A stretch of 64,000 nt of DNA, from positions 1,274,834 to 1,338,833 of the forward strand of contig NW_003314305.1 of NCBI RefSeq assembly GCF_000143415.4. Direction: 5' to 3'. The stretch comes from Selaginella moellendorffii (Eukaryota; Plantae; Lycopodiophyta). The notes below the pieces were generated by a model that made no database searches, was not told the DNA's origin, and saw only the letters and a list, made by a program, of their open reading frames with translations. Within the stretch, counting starts at the first letter, position 1. Every line of letters starts with the position of its first letter. Positions 62,457-64,000 of this stretch are shown piece by piece. Position numbers and translations under genes: made by a program.

Positions 62457-64000
62457 ATGGCGAGGCGCAAGCAGAACGCGCCTCTCAAGGCATCCAAATC
62501 TCCCATCGATGAGCCGCCGACGAAGCGCCGGAAGAAATCCGTGGAATCGGTGAGCAAGAAATGGCAGGATGTAGTGTCAGTGTCGATCGACAGAGAGAAG
62601 GACGCAGAGATTGGGGAAATTGCCCTGGAGGATATTTCAGTCTCCCTGCTGGAATCCTCGAGCGGCGGCATTCCAGGGGTGAGGCTCCGGTTCTCAAGCA
62701 GCGCCTCAAGATTCGGTCAGCTGGGAGTAGTGGACGATTTGTCGCTGGAGGTTTTCCAGGAGGAACGTGTGATCTCTGGGAAGCTGGATTGTGCGGAAGA
62801 GATCTACTCGAGCTTGGTCTTGCTTGTGAAGAAGAGGTTCGCAGGCTTAAGGTACGAAGCTGAGAGAGTCCGAGTTTTTATCACCAGTGGATTATTTCTG
62901 GCATGTGAAGAGGAACCAAGCCATATGCTGCGAAGATCTCTTCAGAGTTTGATCGTTTGGTTGAGGCCGGAGCTCTCTATCGATTTCTTCTACGGCCCCG
63001 AGACAAGAAGTAAGAGCCAGAATGAGGTGTTTGATCCTTCGAGCTTATACCGAGGAGTCCAGAGGCAAAGGTGTGATTCTTTCTTCGTCGAAATTCTTTT
63101 GTTGCTGATACTTATCATTGCAGAGATGAGCCATGCTGGAGCGTGGCTCTTGAGGGGCTATTGCCGGAACTTAGAACTTACCAACAACAAGCAGTGTTTT
63201 GGATGGTTCAGCGAGAAACAGCCGACCCGGCCGTGGAAGAAGTCGTGCGAAAGAGGCACCCGCTTTGGGTATTAGTGGAGTCTTTGGATAAAGAGAAGTC
63301 TTTCTACTACAACGTTTTCAAGTACGCCATCTCTCTTTTGCATTGTTGGTCAGTGAATTTGTTTTCTCATTGTCTTGCAGTGGGATGGTTTCTCGCGAGC
63401 CTCGAGATTGTTGTAGCTATGTTCGTGGGGGCATACTAGCTGGTACGCTGGATTCTTTTGTCGAAATATTCTTACAGTTTTATTTTGTACTTGTAGATGA
63501 AATGGGGCTTGGAAAAACTGTCGAGGTGCTGGCTTGCATTCTAGCAAACAGACACGAAGGACCTGCAATGTGGGAGCCTGCGGTTGAGAAACTGCAGCAC
63601 AGGCTGGATGACCGTAAGAACGAGAGAGTTGAATGCATCTGCGGCGATGATGACGCTGGCGGCATGATGGTTCAGTGCGATCATTGCCATGTCTGGCAGC
63701 ATACATCTTGCGTTGGCTATTCGCCTCCAAAAAAGAAGAAGACCAGGAAGAGCAAGGAAGCAGACGAAGATGACAACGCTTTTGCTTGCGATGGATGCTT
63801 TGAGGTGATTGCAAGCACGGAGGTTGAAGGCGTGTGTGGGGCTACTCTCATAGTTTGTCCCACGGCGATACTGAAGCAGTGGCAGGAAGAAATCGTCAGG
63901 TACTTTGCAATATTTTCTCTTCCTTGAAAATACTGATTGCGTCTTTTTCTAGGCACACAAAACTGGATGCAGTGAAAGTTCTAGTTTACGAAGGTGTGAG
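62457..64000 (+). CDS. SHPRH: SHPRH-like SNF2 helicase / E3 ligase, continues beyond the window
   Basis: LRTYQQQAVFWM, GGILA|DEMGLGKTVEVLAC, embedded PHD (CICG..QCDHCHVWQHTSC), ATLIVCP..ILKQWQEEI. Confidence 0.9.

Overview
Compact, intron-rich land-plant genomic DNA. Introns are mostly about 50-80 nt and gene density is very high; gene content and style suggest a Selaginella-like lycophyte (inference). 1-19 kb is an ordinary gene run: DHFR-TS, a plastid membrane protein, an AT-hook/PPC (AHL) factor, an AT1G55160-like protein, a BRO1-like protein with a spliced 63-aa ORF ending only 36 nt upstream, alpha-tubulin, OST4 and an O-methyltransferase. 55-64 kb is also mostly ordinary: tRNA-Tyr, an RBR ligase, ADF, a plastid protein, SUMO, an At4g18257-like gene and SHPRH. 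About 20-55 kb is a rearrangement mosaic built from one gene block (FIP37, F-box, PUX1, orphan, R2R3-MYB, DHAD, tRNA-Tyr, RBR, ADF) plus sphingosine-kinase remnants. It holds two kb-scale inverted repeats, a ~7.7-kb tandem duplication, a deletion-shrunken copy, ~950-bp foldback elements, a solo-LTR-like insert and PUX1-SPHK-DHAD chimeras. Most genes survive intact in only one duplicate, and the surviving copies sit in different duplicates. All calls are by eye from the sequence and remembered family motifs; no searches were run.
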